A stretch of DNA of 64,000 bases from Eledone cirrhosa (GCA_964016885.1 OZ024741.1:259842001-259906000), one strand, 5' to 3'; counted from the stretch's first letter, positions 11,405-26,205 are shown. Notes: generated by a model from the sequence alone, not told the origin. Numbers and translations are program-made.

Positions 11405-14400
11405 CGTAAGTCGAAACACTCGTAAGTCAGAACACTCGTAAGTCAGAACACTCGTAAGTCAGAACACTCGTAAGTCAGAACACTCGTAAGTCAGAACACT
11501 CTTAAGTCAGAACACTCGTATCGAAACACTCGTATGTCAAAACACCCGTAAGTCAAAACACTCGTAAGTCGAAACACTCGTAAGTCGAAACACTCATAAG
11601 CCGAAACACTCGTAAGTCGGAACACTCGTAAGTCAGAACACCCGTAAGTCAGAACACTCGTAGTCAGAACACTCGTAAGTCGAAACACTCGTAAGCCGAA
11701 ACACTCGTAAGTCGAAACACTCGTAAGTCGAAACATCCTTAAGTCGAAACACTCGTACACCGAAACACTCGTAAGTAAAAACATTAGTAAGTCGAAACAC
11801 TCGTAAGCCGAAACACTCGTAAGTCGAAACACCCGTAAGTCGAAACACCCGTAAGTCAAAACACTCGTATGTCGAAACACTCGTAAACCGAAACACTCGT
11901 AAGTCGGAACACTCGTAAGTCAGAACACTCGTAAGTCAGAACACTCGTAAGTCGAAACACTCATAAGTCGAAACACTCGTAAGTCGAAACACCCGTAAGT
12001 CGAAACACTCGTATGTCGAATAACTCGTAAGCCGAAACACCGTAAGTCAAAACACTCGTAAGTCGAAACACTCGTAAGTCGAAACACCCATAAGCCGAAA
12101 CACTCGTAAGCCAAAACATTCGTAAGTCGAAACACTCGTAAACCGAAATACTCGTAAGCCAAAACATTCGTAAGTCGAAACACTCGTAAGTCGAAATACC
12201 CATAGCCGAAACACTCGTAAGTCGGAACACACGTAAGTCAGAACACCCGTAAGTCAGAACACTCGTAAGTCGAAACACTCATAAGTCGAAACACTCGTAA
12301 GTCGAAACACCCGTAAGTCAGAACACTCGTAAGTCAGAACACTCGTAAGTCAGAGCACTCGTATCGAAACACTCGTATGTCAAAACACCCGTAAGTCAAA
12401 ACACTCGTAAGTCGAAACACTCGTCAGCCGAAACACCGTAAGCCAAAACACTCGTAAGTCGAAACACCCGTAAGTCGGAACACTCGTAAGTCGAAACACT
12501 CGTAAGTCGAAACACTCGTAAGCCGAAACACTCGTAAGCCGAAACACTCGTAAGTCGGAACACTCGTAAGTCTGAACACTCGTAAGTCAAAACACTCGTA
12601 AGTCGAAACACTTGTAAGTCGAAACACCCATAAGCCGAAACACTCGTAAGCCAAAACATTCGTAAGTCGAAACACTCGTAAGCCGAAACACTCGTAAGCC
12701 AAAACATTCGTAAGTCGAAACACTCGTAAGTCGTAACACATATAGCCGAAACACTCGTAAGTCGGAACACACGTAAGTCAGAACACCCGTAAGTCAGAAC
12801 ACTCGTAAGTCAGAACACTCGTAAGTCAGAACACTCGTAAGTCAGAGCACTCGTATCGAAACACTCGTATGTAAAAACACCCATAAGTCAAAACACTAGT
12901 AAGTCGAAACACTCGTAAGCCGAAACACCGTAAGCCAAAACACTCGTAAGTCGAAACACCCGTAAGTCGGAACACTCGCAAGTCAAAACACTCGTAAGTC
13001 GAAACACTCGTAAGCCGAAACACTCGTAAGCCGAAACACTCGTAAGTCGGAACACTCGTAAGTCGGAACACTCGTAAGTCAGAACACTCGTAAGTCAGAA
13101 CACTCGTAAGTCAGAACACTCGTAAGTCAGAATACTCGTAAGTCGAAACACTCGTATCGAAACACTCGTATGTCAAAACACCCGTAAGTCAAAACACTCG
13201 TAAGTCGAAACACTTGTAAGTCGAAACACCCATAGCCGAAACACTCGTAAGTCGGAACACACGTAAGTCAGAACACCCGTAAGTCAGAACACTCGTAAGT
13301 CAGAACACTCGTAAGTCAGAACACTCGTAAGTCAGAGCACTCGTATCGAAACACTCGTATGTCAAAACACCCGTAAGTCGAAACACTCGTAAGTCGAAAC
13401 ACTCGTAAGCCAAAACACCGTAAGTAAAAAAGCTCGTAAGTCGAAATACACGTAAGTCGAAACACTCGTAAGCCGAAACAATCGTAATTCAAAACACTCG
13501 TAAGTCGAAACACTCGTAAGCCAAAAATACTCGTACGTCGAAACACCCGTAAGCCGAAACACTCGTAAGTCGGAACACTCGTAAGTCAAAACACTCGTAA
13601 GTCGAAACAGTCGTAAGTCGGAACACTCGTAAGTCAGAACACTCGTAAATCAGAACATTCATAAGTCAAAACACTCGTAATTCGAAACACCCGTAAGTCG
13701 AAACGCCCGTAAGTCGAAACACTCATTAGCCGAAACACTCGTAAGTCGGAACACTCGTAAGTCAGAATACCCGTAAGTCAGAACACTCGTAGTCAGAACA
13801 CTCGTAAGTCAAAACACTCGTAAGCCGAAACACTCGTAAGCCGAAACACTCGTAAGCCGAAACACTCTTAAGTCGGAACACTCGTCAGTCGGAACACTCG
13901 TAAGTCAAAACATTCGTAAGCCAAAATACTCGTAAGTCGAAACACTCGTACGTCGAAACACTCGTAAGTCGAAACACTCGTAAGTCGAAACATCCTTAAG
14001 TCGAAACACTCGTACACCGAAACACTCGTAAGTAAAAACATTAGTAAGCCGAAACACTCGTAAGCCGAAACACTCGTAAGTCGGAACACTCGTAAGTCGG
14101 AACACTCGTAAGTCGAAACACCCATAAGCCGAAACACTCGTAAGCCAAAACATTCGTAAGTCGAAACACTCGTAAGCCGAAACACTCGTAAGCCAAAACA
14201 TTCGTAAGTCGAAACACTCGTAAGTCGAAACACCCATAGCCGAAACACTCGTAAGTCGGAACACCCGTAAGTCAGAACACCCGTAAGTCAGAACACTCGT
14301 AAGTCAGAACACTCGTAAGTCAGAGCACTCGTATCGAAACACTCGTATGTAAAAACACCCATAAGTCAAAACACTAGTAAGTCGAAACACTCGTAAGCCG

Positions 14401-16108
14401 AAACACCGTAAGCCAAAACACTCGTAAGTCGAAACACCCGTAAGTCGGAACACTCGTAAGTCAAAACACTCGTAAGTCGAAACACTCGTAAGCCGAAACA
14501 CTCGTAAGCCGAAACACTCGTAAGTCGGAACACTCGTAAGTCGGAACACTCGTAAGTCAGAACACTCGTAAGTCAGAACACTCGTAAGTCAGAACACTCG
14601 TAAGTCAGAATACTCGTAAGTCGAAACACTCGTATCGAAACACTCGTATGTCAAAACACCCGTAAGTCAAAACACTCGTAAGTCGAAACACTCGTAAGTC
14701 GAAACACTCGTATGTCGAAACATCCGTAAATCAGAACACTCGTAAGTCGAAACACTCGTAAGTCGAAACACCCGTAAGTCGGAACACTCGTAAGTCGAAA
14801 CACTCGTAAGTCGAAACACCCATAGCCGAAACACTCGTAAGTCGGAACACACGTAAGTCAGAACACCCGTAAGTCAGAACACTCGTAAGTCAGAACACTC
14901 GTAAGTCAGAACACTCGTAAGTCAGAGCACTCGTATCGAAACACTCGTATGTCAAAACACCCGTAAGTCAAAACACTCGTAAGTCGAAACACTCGTAAGT
15001 CGAAACACTCGTAAGCCGAAACAATCGTAAGTCAAAACACTCGTAAGTCGAAACACTCGTGAGCCGAAAATACTCGTAATTCGGAACACCCGTAAGCCGA
15101 AACCCTCGCAGGTCGGAACACTCGTAAGACGAAACACCCGTAAGTCGGAACACTCGTAAGTCAGAATACTCGTAAGTCGAAACACTCGTAAACCGGAACA
15201 CCCGTAAGGCAAAACATTCGTAAGTCAAAACACTCGTAAGTCGAAACACTCGTAAGCCGAAACACTCGTAAGTCGAAACACTCGTAAGTCGAAACACCCG
15301 TAAGTCGAAACATCCGTAAGTCAAAACACTCGTATGTCGAAACACTCGTAAGCCGAAACACTCGTAAGTGGGAACACTCGCAAGTCAGAACACTCGTAAG
15401 TCAGAACACTCGTAAGTTGAAACACTGGTAAATCGAAACACCCGTAAGTCGAAACGCCCGTAAGTCAAAACACTCGTATGTCGAAACAATCGCAAGCCGA
15501 AAAACCGTAAGTCAAAACACTCGTAAGTCGAAACACTCGTAAGTCGAAACACTCGTAAGCGGAAACACTCGTAAGCGAAAACATTCGTAAGTCGAAACAC
15601 TCGTAACCCGAAACACTCGTAAGTCGAAACACTCGAAAGCCGAAACACTCGTAAGTCGAAACACTCATAAGCCGAAACACTCGTAAGTCGGAACACTCGT
15701 AAGTCAGAACACCCGTAAGTCAGAACACTCGTAGTCAGAACACTCGTAAGTCGAAACACTCGTAAGCCGAAACAATCGTAAGTCGAAGCACTCGTAATCC
15801 GAAACACTCTTAAGTCGAAACACTCGTAAGTCGGAACACTCGCAAGTCAGAACACTCGTAAGTCAGAACACTCGTAAGTCGAAACACTCGTAAGCCGAAA
15901 CACCCGTAAGTCAAAACATCCGTAAGTCAAAACATTCGTAAGTCGAAACACCCGTAGTCGAAACACTCGCAAGTCGAAACACTCGTAAGTCGAAACACGC
16001 GTAAGTCGAAACACATGTAAGTCAAAACACTCATAAGTCAAAACACTCGTAAGCCGAAACACTCGTAAGTCGAAACACTCGTAAGTCGAAACGCTCGTAA
16101 AGCGAAAC

Positions 16109-16178
16109 GTATAAATAAAGATTAATGTAATGAATTTGAAAAGCATAGAGATTTGAAACCGCGTCTATTTGTTATTTT
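16109..16178 (+). repeat. 70-bp AT-rich element, subfamily A
   Basis: Direct match, AAGATT allele. Confidence 0.97.
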
Positions 16179-16859
16179 CGTAAGTCGAAACACTCGTAAG
16201 CAGAAACACTCGTGAGCCGAAACACTCGTAAGTCGGAACACTCGTAAGTCAGAACACTCGTAAGTCAGAACACTCGTAAGTTAGAACACTCGTAAGTCAG
16301 AACACTCGTAAGTCAAAACACCCGTAAGTCAAAACACTCGTAAGTCGAAACACTCGTAAGCCGAAACACCGTAAGCCAAAACACTCGTAAGTCGAAACAC
16401 CCGTAACTCGGAACACTCGTAAGTCGAAACACTCGTAAGTCGAAGCACTCGTAAGCAGAAACACTCGTAAGCCGAAACACTCGTAAGTCGGAACACTCGT
16501 AAGTCGGAACACTCGTAAGTCAGAACACTCGTAAGTCAGAACACTCGTAAGTCAGAACACTCGTAAGTCGAAACACTCGTATCGAAACACTCGTATGTCA
16601 AAACACCCGTAAGTCAAAACACTCGTAAGTCGAAACACTCGTAAGCCGAAACATCCGTAAGTCAAAACATCCGTAAGTCAAAACATTCGTAAGTCGAAAC
16701 ACCCGTAGTCGAAACACTCGCAAGTCGAAACACTCGTAAGTCGAAACACGCGTAAGTCGAAACACATGTAAGTCAAAACACTCGTAAGTCAAAACACTCG
16801 TAAGCCGAAACACTCGTAAGTCGAAACACTCGTAAGTCGAAACGCTCGTAAAGCGAAAC

Positions 16860-16929
16860 GTATAAATAAAGATTAATGTAATGAATTTGAAAAGCATAGA
16901 GATTTGAAACCGCGTCTATTTGTTATTTT
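16860..16929 (+). repeat. 70-bp AT-rich element, subfamily A
   Basis: Direct match, AAGATT allele, 751 bp after the previous copy. Confidence 0.97.
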
Positions 16930-17610
16930 CGTAAGTCGAAACACTCGTAAGCAGAAACACTCGTGAGCCGAAACACTCGTAAGTCGGAACACTCGTAAGT
17001 CAGAACACTCGTAAGTCAGAACACTCGTAAGTTAGAACACTCGTAAGTCAGAACACTCGTAAGTCAAAACACCCGTAAGTCAAAACACTCGTAAGTCGAA
17101 ACACTCGTAAGCCGAAACACCGTAAGCCAAAACACTCGTAAGTCGAAACACCCGTAACTCGGAACACTCGTAAGTCGAAACACTCGTAAGTCGAAGCACT
17201 CGTAAGCAGAAACACTCGTAAGCCGAAACACTCGTAAGTCGGAACACTCGTAAGTCGGAACACTCGTAAGTCAGAACACTCGTAAGTCAGAACACTCGTA
17301 AGTCAGAACACTCGTAAGTCGAAACACTCGTATCGAAACACTCGTATGTCAAAACACCCGTAAGTCAAAACACTCGTAAGTCGAAACACTCGTAAGCCGA
17401 AACATCCGTAAGTCAAAACATCCGTAAGTCAAAACATTCGTAAGTCGAAACACCCGTAGTCGAAACACTCGCAAGTCGAAACACTCGTAAGTCGAAACAC
17501 GCGTAAGTCGAAACACATGTAAGTCAAAACACTCGTAAGTCAAAACACTCGTAAGCCGAAACACTCGTAAGTCGAAACACTCGTAAGTCGAAACACTCGT
17601 AAAGCGAAAC

Positions 17611-17680
17611 GTATAAATAAATATTAATGTAATGAATTTGAAAAGCATAGAGATTTGAAACCGCGTCTATTTGTTATTTT
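17611..17680 (+). repeat. 70-bp AT-rich element, subfamily A
   Basis: Direct match, AATATT allele, 751 bp after the previous copy. Confidence 0.97.
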
Positions 17681-18487
17681 CGTAAGTCGAAACACTCGTA
17701 AGCCGAAACACTCGTGAGCCGAAACACTCGTAAGTCGGAACACTCGTAAGTCAGAACACTCGTAAGTCAGAACACTCGTAAGTTAGAACACTCGTAAGTC
17801 AGAACACTCGTAAGTCAGAACACTCGTAAGTCGAAACACTCGTATCGAAACACTCGTATGTCAAAACACCCGTAAGTCAAAACACTCGTAAGTCGAAACA
17901 CTCGTAAGTCGAAACACTCGTAAGCCGAAACACTCGTAAGCCGAAACACTCGTAAGTCGGAACACTCGTAAGTCGGAACACTCGTAAGTCAGAACACTCG
18001 TAAGTCAGAACACTCGTAAGTCAGAACACTCGTAAGTCAGAACACTCGTAAGTCGAAACACTCGTATCGAAACACTCGTATGTCAAAACACCCGTAAGTC
18101 AAAACACTCGTAAGTCGAAACACTCGTAAGTCGAAACACTCGTATGTCGAAACATCCGTAAATCAGAACACTCGTAAGTCGAAACACTCGTAAGTCGAAA
18201 CACTCGTAAGCCGAAACACTCGTAAGTCGAAGCACTCGTATCGAAACACTCGTAAGTCGAAACACCCTTAAGTCAAAACACTCGTAAGCCAAAACACTCG
18301 TAAGTCGAAACACTCGTAAGTCGGAACACTCGTAAGTCAGAACACTCGTAAGTCAGAACACTCGTAAGTGGAAACACGCGTAAGTCGAAAGACCCGTAAG
18401 TCAAAAATCTCGTAAGTCAAAACACTCGTAAGCCGAAACACACGTAAGTCGAAACACTCGTAAGTCGAAACATTCGTAAAGCGAAAC

Positions 18488-18557
18488 GTATAAATAAAGA
18501 TTAATGTAATCAACTTGAAAAGCATAGATATTTGAAACCGCGTCTATTTGTTATTTT
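18488..18557 (+). repeat. 70-bp AT-rich element, subfamily B
   Basis: GTAATCAACTTGAAAAGCATAGATATTTG allele, shared with 24222. Confidence 0.96.
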
Positions 18558-19601
18558 CGTAAGTCGAAACACTCGTAAGTCAGAACACTCGTAAGTCAGA
18601 ACACTCTTAAGTCAGAACACTCGTATCGAAACACGTATGTCAAAACACCCGTAAGTCAAAACACTCGTAAGTCGAAACACTCGTAAGTCGAAACACTCGT
18701 AAGCCGAAACAATCGTAAGTCAAAACACTCGTAAGTCGAAACACTCGTAAGCCGAAAATACTCGTAAGTCGGAACACCCGTAAGCCGAAACCCTCGTAAG
18801 TCGGAACACTCGTAAGTCAGAACACCCGTAAGTCAGAACACTCGTAGTCAGAACACTCGTTAGTCGAAACACTCGTAAGCCGAAACACTCTTAAGTCGAA
18901 GCACTCGTAATCCGAAACACTCTTAAGTCAGAACACCCGTAAGTCAGAACACTCGTAAGTCAGAACACTCGTAAGTCAGAACACTCGTAAGTCAGAGCAC
19001 TCGTATCGAAACACTCGTATGTCAAAACACCCGTAAGTCAAAACACTCGTAAGTCGAAACACTCGTAAGTCGAAACACTCGTAAGCCGAAACACCGTAAG
19101 CCAAAACACTCGTAAGTCGAAACACCCGTAAGTCGGAACACTCGTAAGTCGAAACACTCGTAAGCCGAAACACTCATAAGCCGAAACACTCGTAAGTCGG
19201 AACACTCGTAAGTCAGAACACCCGTAAGTCAGAACACTCGTAGTCAGAACACTCGTTAGTCGAAACACTCGTAAGCCGAAACACTCTTAAGTCGAAGCAC
19301 TCGTAATCCGAAACACTCTTAAGTCGAAACACTCGTAAGTCGGAAGACTCGTAAGTCAGAACACTCGTAAGTCAGAACACTCGTAAGTCGAAACACTCGT
19401 AAGCCGAAACATCCGTAAGTCAAAACATCCGTAGGTCAAAACATTCGTAAGTCGAAACACCCGTAGTCGAAACACTCGCATGTCGAAACACTCGTAAGTC
19501 GAAACACGCGTAAGTCGAAACACATGTAAGTCAAAACACTCGTAAGTCAAAACACTCGTAAGCCGAAACACTCGTAAGTCGAAACACTCGTAAAGCGAAA
19601 C

Positions 19602-19671
19602 GTATAAATAAAGATTAATGTAATGAATTTGAAAAGCATAGAGATTTGAAACCGCGTCTATTTGTTATTTT
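19602..19671 (+). repeat. 70-bp AT-rich element, subfamily A
   Basis: Direct match, AAGATT allele. Confidence 0.97.
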
Positions 19672-22147
19672 CGTAAATCGAAACACTCGTAAGCCGAAAC
19701 ACTCGTGAGCCGAAACACTCGTAAGTCGGAACACTCGTAAGTCAGAACACTCGTAAGTCAGAACACTCGTAAGTTAGAACACTCGTAAGACAGAACACTC
19801 GTAAGTCAGAACACTCGTAAGTCAGAACACTCGTAAGTCGAAACACTCGTATCGAAACACTCGTATGTCAAAACACCAGTAAGTCAAAACACTCGTAAGT
19901 CGAAACACTCGTAAGCCGAAACACCGTAAGTCAAAACACTCGTAAGTCGAAACACTCGTAAGTCGAAACACTCGTAAGTCGAAACACTCGTAAGTCGAAA
20001 CACTCGTAAGCCGAAACACTCGTAAGCCGAAACACTCGTAAGTCGGAACACTCGTAAGTCAGAACACTCATAAGTCAGAACACTCGTAAGTCAGAACACT
20101 CGTAAGTCGAAACACTCGTAAGCCGAAACACCGTAAGTCGAAACACCCGTATGTCGAAACACTCGTAAGCCGAAACACTCTTAAGTCGAAACACTCATAA
20201 GCCGAAACACTCGTAAGTCGGAACACTCGTAAATCAGAACACCCGCAAGTCAGAACACTCGTAAATCAGAACACTCTTAAGTCGAAACTCACGTACGCCG
20301 AAACACTCGTAAGTCGAAACACTCGTAAGTCGAAACATCCTTAAGTCGAAACACTCGTACACCGAAACACTCGTAAGTATAAACATTAGTAAGTCGAAAC
20401 ACTCGTATGTCGAAACACTCGTAAACCGAAACACTCGTAAGTCGGAACACTCGTAAGTCAGAACACTCGTAAGTCAGAACACTCGTAAGTCGAAACACTC
20501 ATAAGTCGAAACACTCGTAAGTCGAAACACCCGTAAGTCGAAACAACCGTAAGTCGAAACACTCGTATGTCGAATAACTCGTAAGCCGAAACACTCGTAA
20601 GCCAAAACATTCGTAAGTCGAAACACTCGTAAACCGAAACACTCGTAAGCCAAAACATTCGTAAGTCGAAACACTCGTAAGCCGAAACACCGTAAGCCAA
20701 AACACTCGTAAGTCGAAACATCCGTAAGTCGCAACACTCGTAAGTCGAAACACTCGTAAGTCGAAACACTCGTAAGCCGAAACACTCGTAAGCCGAAACA
20801 CTCGTAAGTCGGAACACTCGTAAGTCGGAACACTCGTAAGTCAGAACACTCGTAAGTCAGAACACTCGTAAGTCAGAACACTCGTAAGTCAGAACACTCG
20901 TAAGTCGAAACACTCGTATCGAAACACTCGTATGTCAAAACACCCGTAAGTCAAAACACTCGTAAGTCGAAACACTCGTAAGTCGAAACATTCGTATGTC
21001 GAAACATCCGTAAATCAGAACACTCGTAAGTCGAAACACTCGTAAGTCGAAACACTCGTAAGCCGAAACACTCGTAAGTCGAAGCACTCGTATCGAAACA
21101 CTCGTAAGTCGAAACACCCTTAAGTCAAAACACTCGTAAGCCAAAACACTCGTAAGTCGAAACACTCGTAAGTCGGAACACTCGTAAGTCAGAACACTCG
21201 TAAGTCAGAACACTCGTAAGTGGAAACACGCGTAAGTCGAAACAGTCATAAGTCGAAACACTCGTAAGTCGAAACACCCGTAAGTCGAAACACCCGTAAG
21301 TCGAAACACTCGTATGTCGAATAACTCGTAAGCCGAAACACCGTAAGTCAAAACACTCGTAAGTCGAAACACTCGTAAGTCGAAACACCCATAGCCGAAA
21401 CACTCGTAAGTCTGAACACACGTAAGTCAGAACAGCCGTAAGTCAGAACACTCGTAAGTCAGAACACTCGTATCGAAACACTCGTATGTCAAAACACCCG
21501 TAAGTCAAAACACTCGTAAGTCGAAACACTCGTAAGTCGGAACACTCGTAAGTCGAAACACTCGTAAGTCGAAACACTCGTAAGCCGAAACACTCGTAAG
21601 CCGAAACACTCGTAAGTCGGAACACTCGTAAGTCGGAACACTCGTAAGTCAGAACACTCGTAAGTCAGAACACTCGTAAGTCAGAACACTCGTAAGTCAG
21701 AACACTCGTAAGTCGAAACACTCGTATCGAAACACTCGTATGTCAAAACACCCGTAAGTCAAAACACTCGTAAGTCGAAACACTCGTAAGTCGAAACACT
21801 CGTATGTCGAAACATCCGTAAATCAGAACACTCGTAAGTCGAAACACTCGTAAGTCGAAACACTCGTAAGCCGAAACACTCGTAAGTCGAAGCACTCGTA
21901 TCGAAACACTCGTAAGTCGAAACACCCTTAAGTCAAAACACTCGTAAGCCAAAACACTCGTAAGTCGAAACACTCGTAAGTCGGAACACTCGTATGTCAG
22001 AACACTCGTAAGTCAGAACACTCGTAAGTGGAAACACGCGTAAGTCGAAAGACCCGTAAGTCAAAAATCTCGTAAGTCAAAACACTCGTAAGCCGAAACA
22101 CTCGTAAGTCGAAACACTCGTAAGTCGAAACATTCGTAAAGCGAAAC

Positions 22148-22217
22148 GTATAAATAAAGATTAATGTAATAAACTTGAAAAGCATAGATATTTGAAACCG
22201 CGTCTATTTGTTATTTT
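22148..22217 (+). repeat. 70-bp AT-rich element, subfamily B
   Basis: GTAATAAACTTGAAAAGCATAGATATTTG allele. Confidence 0.96.
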
Positions 22218-23344
22218 CGTAAGTCGAAACACTCGTAAGTCAGAACACTCGTAAGTCAGAACACTCTTAAGTCAGAACACTCGTATCGAAACACGTATGT
22301 CAAAACACCCGTAAGTCAAAACACTCGTAAGTCGAAACACTCGTAAGTCGAAACACTCGTAAGCCGAAACAATCGTAAGTCAAAACACTCGTAAGTCGAA
22401 ACACTCGTAAGCCGAAAATACTCGTAAGTCGGAACACCCGTAAGCCGAAACCCTCGTAGGTCGGAACACTCGTAAGTCGAAACACTCGTAAGTCGAAACA
22501 CCCGTAAGTCGAAACACTCGTAAGTCGAAACACCCGTAAGTCGAAACATCCGTAAGTCAAAACACTCGTATGTCGAAACACTCGTAAGCCGAAACACTCG
22601 TAAGTCGGAACACTCGCAAGTCAGAACACTCGTAAGTCAGAACACTCGTAAGTCGAAACACTCGTAAGTCGAAACACCCGTAAGTCGAAACGCCCGTAAG
22701 TCAAAACACTCGTATGTCGAAACACTCGCAAGCCGAAAAACCGTAAGTCAAAACACTCGTAAGTCGAAACACTCGTAAATCGAAACACTCGTAAGCCGAA
22801 ACACTCGTAAGCGAAAACATTCGTTAGTCGAAACACTCGTATCCCGAAACACTCGTAAGTCGAAACACTCGAAAGCCGAAACACTCGTAAGTCGAAACAC
22901 TCATAAGCCGAAACACTCGTAAGTCGGAACACTCGTAAGTCAGAACACCCGTAAATCAGAACACTCGTAGTCAGAACACTCGTAAGTCGAAACACTCGTA
23001 AGCCGAAACACTCGCAAGTCGAAGCACTCGTAATCCGAAACACTCTTAAGTCGAAACACTCGTAAGTCGGAACACTCGTAAGTCAGAACACTCGTAAGTC
23101 AGAACACTCGTAAGTCGAAACACTCGTAAGCCGAAACATCCGTAAGTCAAAACATCCGTAAGTCAAAACATTCGTAAGTCGAAACACCCGTAGTCGAAAC
23201 ACTCGCAAGTCGAAACACTCGTAAGTCGAAACACGCGTAAGTCGAAACACATGTAAGTCAAAACACTCGTAAGTCAAAACACTCGTAAGCCGAAACACTC
23301 GTAAGTCGAAACACTCGTAAGTCGAAACACTCGTAAAGCGAAAC

Positions 23345-23414
23345 GTATAAATAAATATTAATGTAATGAATTTGAAAAGCATAGAGATTTGAAACCGCGT
23401 CTATTTGTTATTTT
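23345..23414 (+). repeat. 70-bp AT-rich element, subfamily A
   Basis: Direct match, AATATT allele. Confidence 0.97.
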
Positions 23415-24221
23415 CGTAAGTCGAAACACTCGTAAGCCGAAACACTCGTGAGCCGAAACACTCGTAAGTCGGAACACTCGTAAGTCAGAACACTCGTAAG
23501 TCAGAACACTCGTAAGTTAGAACACTCGTAAGTCAGAACACTCGTAAGTCAGAACACTCGTAAGTCGAAACACTCGTATCGAAACACTCGTATGTCAAAA
23601 CACCCGTAAGTCAAAACACTCGTAAGTCGAAACACTCGTAAGTCGAAACACTCGTAAGCCGAAACACTCGTAAGCCGAAACACTCGTAAGTCGGAACACT
23701 CGTAAGTCGGAACACTCGTAAGTCAGAACACTCGTAAGTCAGAACACTCGTAAGTCAGAACACTCGTAAGTCAGAACACTCGTAAGTCGAAACACTCGTA
23801 TCGAAACACTCGTATGTCAAAACACCCGTAAGTCAAAACACTCGTAAGTCGAAACACTCGTAAGTCGAAACACTCGTATGTCGAAACATCCGTAAATCAG
23901 AACACTCGTAAGTCGAAACACTCGTAAGTCGAAACACTCGTAAGCCGAAACACTCGTAAGTCGAAGCACTCGTATCGAAACACTCGTAAGTCGAAACACC
24001 CTTAAGTCAAAACACTCGTAAGCCAAAACACTCGTAAGTCGAAACACTCGTAAGTCGGAACACTCGTAAGTCAGAACACTCGTAAGTCAGAACACTCGTA
24101 AGTGGAAACACGCGTAAGTCGAAAGACCCGTAAGTCAAAAATCTCGTAAGTTAAAACACTCGTAAGCCGAAACACTCGTAAGTCGAAACACTCGTAAGTC
24201 GAAACTTTCGTAAAGCGAAAC

Positions 24222-24291
24222 GTATAAATAAAGATTAATGTAATCAACTTGAAAAGCATAGATATTTGAAACCGCGTCTATTTGTTATTTT
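24222..24291 (+). repeat. 70-bp AT-rich element, subfamily B
   Basis: GTAATCAACTTG allele, shared with 18488. Confidence 0.96.
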
Positions 24292-25418
24292 CGTAAGTCG
24301 AAACACTCGTAAGTCAGAACACTCGTAAGTCAGAACACTCTTAAGTCAGAACACTCGTATCGAAACACGTATGTCAAAACACCCGTAAGTCAAAACACTC
24401 GTAAGTCGAAACACTCGTAAGTCGAAACACTCGTAAGCCGAAACAATCGTAAGTCAAAACACTCGTAAGTCGAAACACTCGTAAGCCGAAAATACTCGTA
24501 AGTCGGAACACCCGTAAGCCGAAACCCTCGTAGGTCGGAACACTCGTAAGTCGAAACACTCGTAAGTCGAAACACCCGTAAGTCGAAACACTCGTAAGTC
24601 GAAACACCCGTAAGTCGAAACATCCGTAAGTCAAAACACTCGTATGTCGAAACACTCGTAAGCCGAAACACTCGTAAGTCGGAACACTCGCAAGTCAGAA
24701 CACTCGTAAGTCAGAACACTCGTAAGTCGAAACACTCGTAAGTCGAAACACCCGTAAGTCGAAACGCCCGTAAGTCAAAACACTCGTATGTCGAAACACT
24801 CGCAAGCCGAAAAACCGTAAGTCAGAACACTCGTAAGTCGAAACACTCGTAAATCGAAACACTCGTAAGCCGAAACACTCGTAAGCGAAAACATTCGTTA
24901 GTCGAAACACTCGTAACCCGAAACACTCGTAAGTCGAAACACTCGAAAGCCGAAACACTCGTAAGTCGAAACACTCATAAGCCGAAACACTCGTAAGTCG
25001 GAACACTCGTAAGTCAGAACACCCGTAAATCAGAACACTCGTAGTCAGAACACTCGTAAGTCGAAACACTCGTAAGCCGAAACACTCGCAAGTCGAAGCA
25101 CTCGTAATCCGAAACACTCTTAAGTCGAAACACTCGTAAGTCGGAACACTCGTAAGTCAGAACACTCGTAAGTCAGAACACTCGTAAGTCGAAACACTCG
25201 TAAGCCGAAACATCCGTAAGTCAAAACATCCGTAAGTCAAAACATTCGTAAGTCGAAACACCCGTAGTCGAAACACTCGCAAGTCGAAACACTCGTAAGT
25301 CGAAACACGCGTAAGTCGAAACACATGTAAGTCAAAACACTCGTAAGTCAAAACACTCGTAAGCCGAAACACTCGTAAGTCGAAACACTCGTAAGTCGAA
25401 ACACTCGTAAAGCGAAAC

Positions 25419-25488
25419 GTATAAATAAATATTAATGTAATGAATTTGAAAAGCATAGAGATTTGAAACCGCGTCTATTTGTTATTTT
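25419..25488 (+). repeat. 70-bp AT-rich element, subfamily A
   Basis: Direct match, AATATT allele. Confidence 0.97.
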
Positions 25489-26135
25489 CGTAAGTCGAAA
25501 CACTCGTAAGCCGAAACACTCGTGAGCCGAAACACTCGTAAGTCGGAACACTCGTAAGTCAGAACACTCGTAAGTCAGAACACTCGTAAGTTAGAACACT
25601 CGTAAGTCAGAACACTCGTAAGTCAGAACACTCGTAAGTCGAAACACTCGTATCGAAACACTCGTATGTCAAAACACCCGTAAGTCAAAACACTCGTAAG
25701 TCGAAACACTCGTAAGTCGAAACACTCGTAAGCCGAAACACTCGTAAGCCGAAACACTCGTAAGTCGGAACACTCGTAAGTCGGAACACTCGTAAGTCAG
25801 AACACTCGTAAGTCAGAACACTCGTAAGTCAGAACACTCGTAAGTCGAAACACTCGTATCGAAGCACTCGTATGTCAAAACACCCGTAAGTCAAAACACT
25901 CGTAAGTCGAAACACTCGTAAGTCGAAACACTCGTATGTCGAAACATCCGTAAATCAGAACACTCGTAAGTCGAAACACTCGTAAGTCGAAACACTCGTA
26001 AGCCGAAACACTCGTAAGTCGAAGCACTCGTATCGAAACACTCGTAAGTCGAAACACCCTTAAGTCAAAACACTCGTAAGCCGAAACACTCGTAAGTCGA
26101 AACACTCGTAAGTCGAAACATTCGTAAAGCGAAAC

Positions 26136-26205
26136 GTATAAATAAAGATTAATGTAATGAACTTGAAAAGCATAGATATTTGAAACCGCGTCTATTTGTT
26201 ATTTT
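26136..26205 (+). repeat. 70-bp AT-rich element, subfamily B
   Basis: GAACTTG...GATATTTG allele. Confidence 0.96.

Larger units (their letters stand above)
385..16280 (+). repeat. ~16-kb block, copy 1 of a long direct duplication
   Basis: The order of rare variants and of the artefactual ORFs is collinear with ~46393-62274 (522/46530, 4356/50348, 9717/55533, 13316/59326, 15847/61841). Confidence 0.93.
15870..17810 (+). repeat. Tandem higher-order repeat, 751-bp unit, ~2.5 copies, one AT-rich element per unit
   Basis: Elements at 16109/16860/17611; ORF offsets 16297/17048 and 16598/17349; shared GTAACTCGG variant. Confidence 0.9.
21541..26090 (+). repeat. Tandem higher-order repeat, 2074-bp unit, ~2.2 copies, each with one B and one A element
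   Basis: Offsets of 2074: 22148/24222, 23345/25419, 22300/24374, 22621/24695. Confidence 0.9.
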
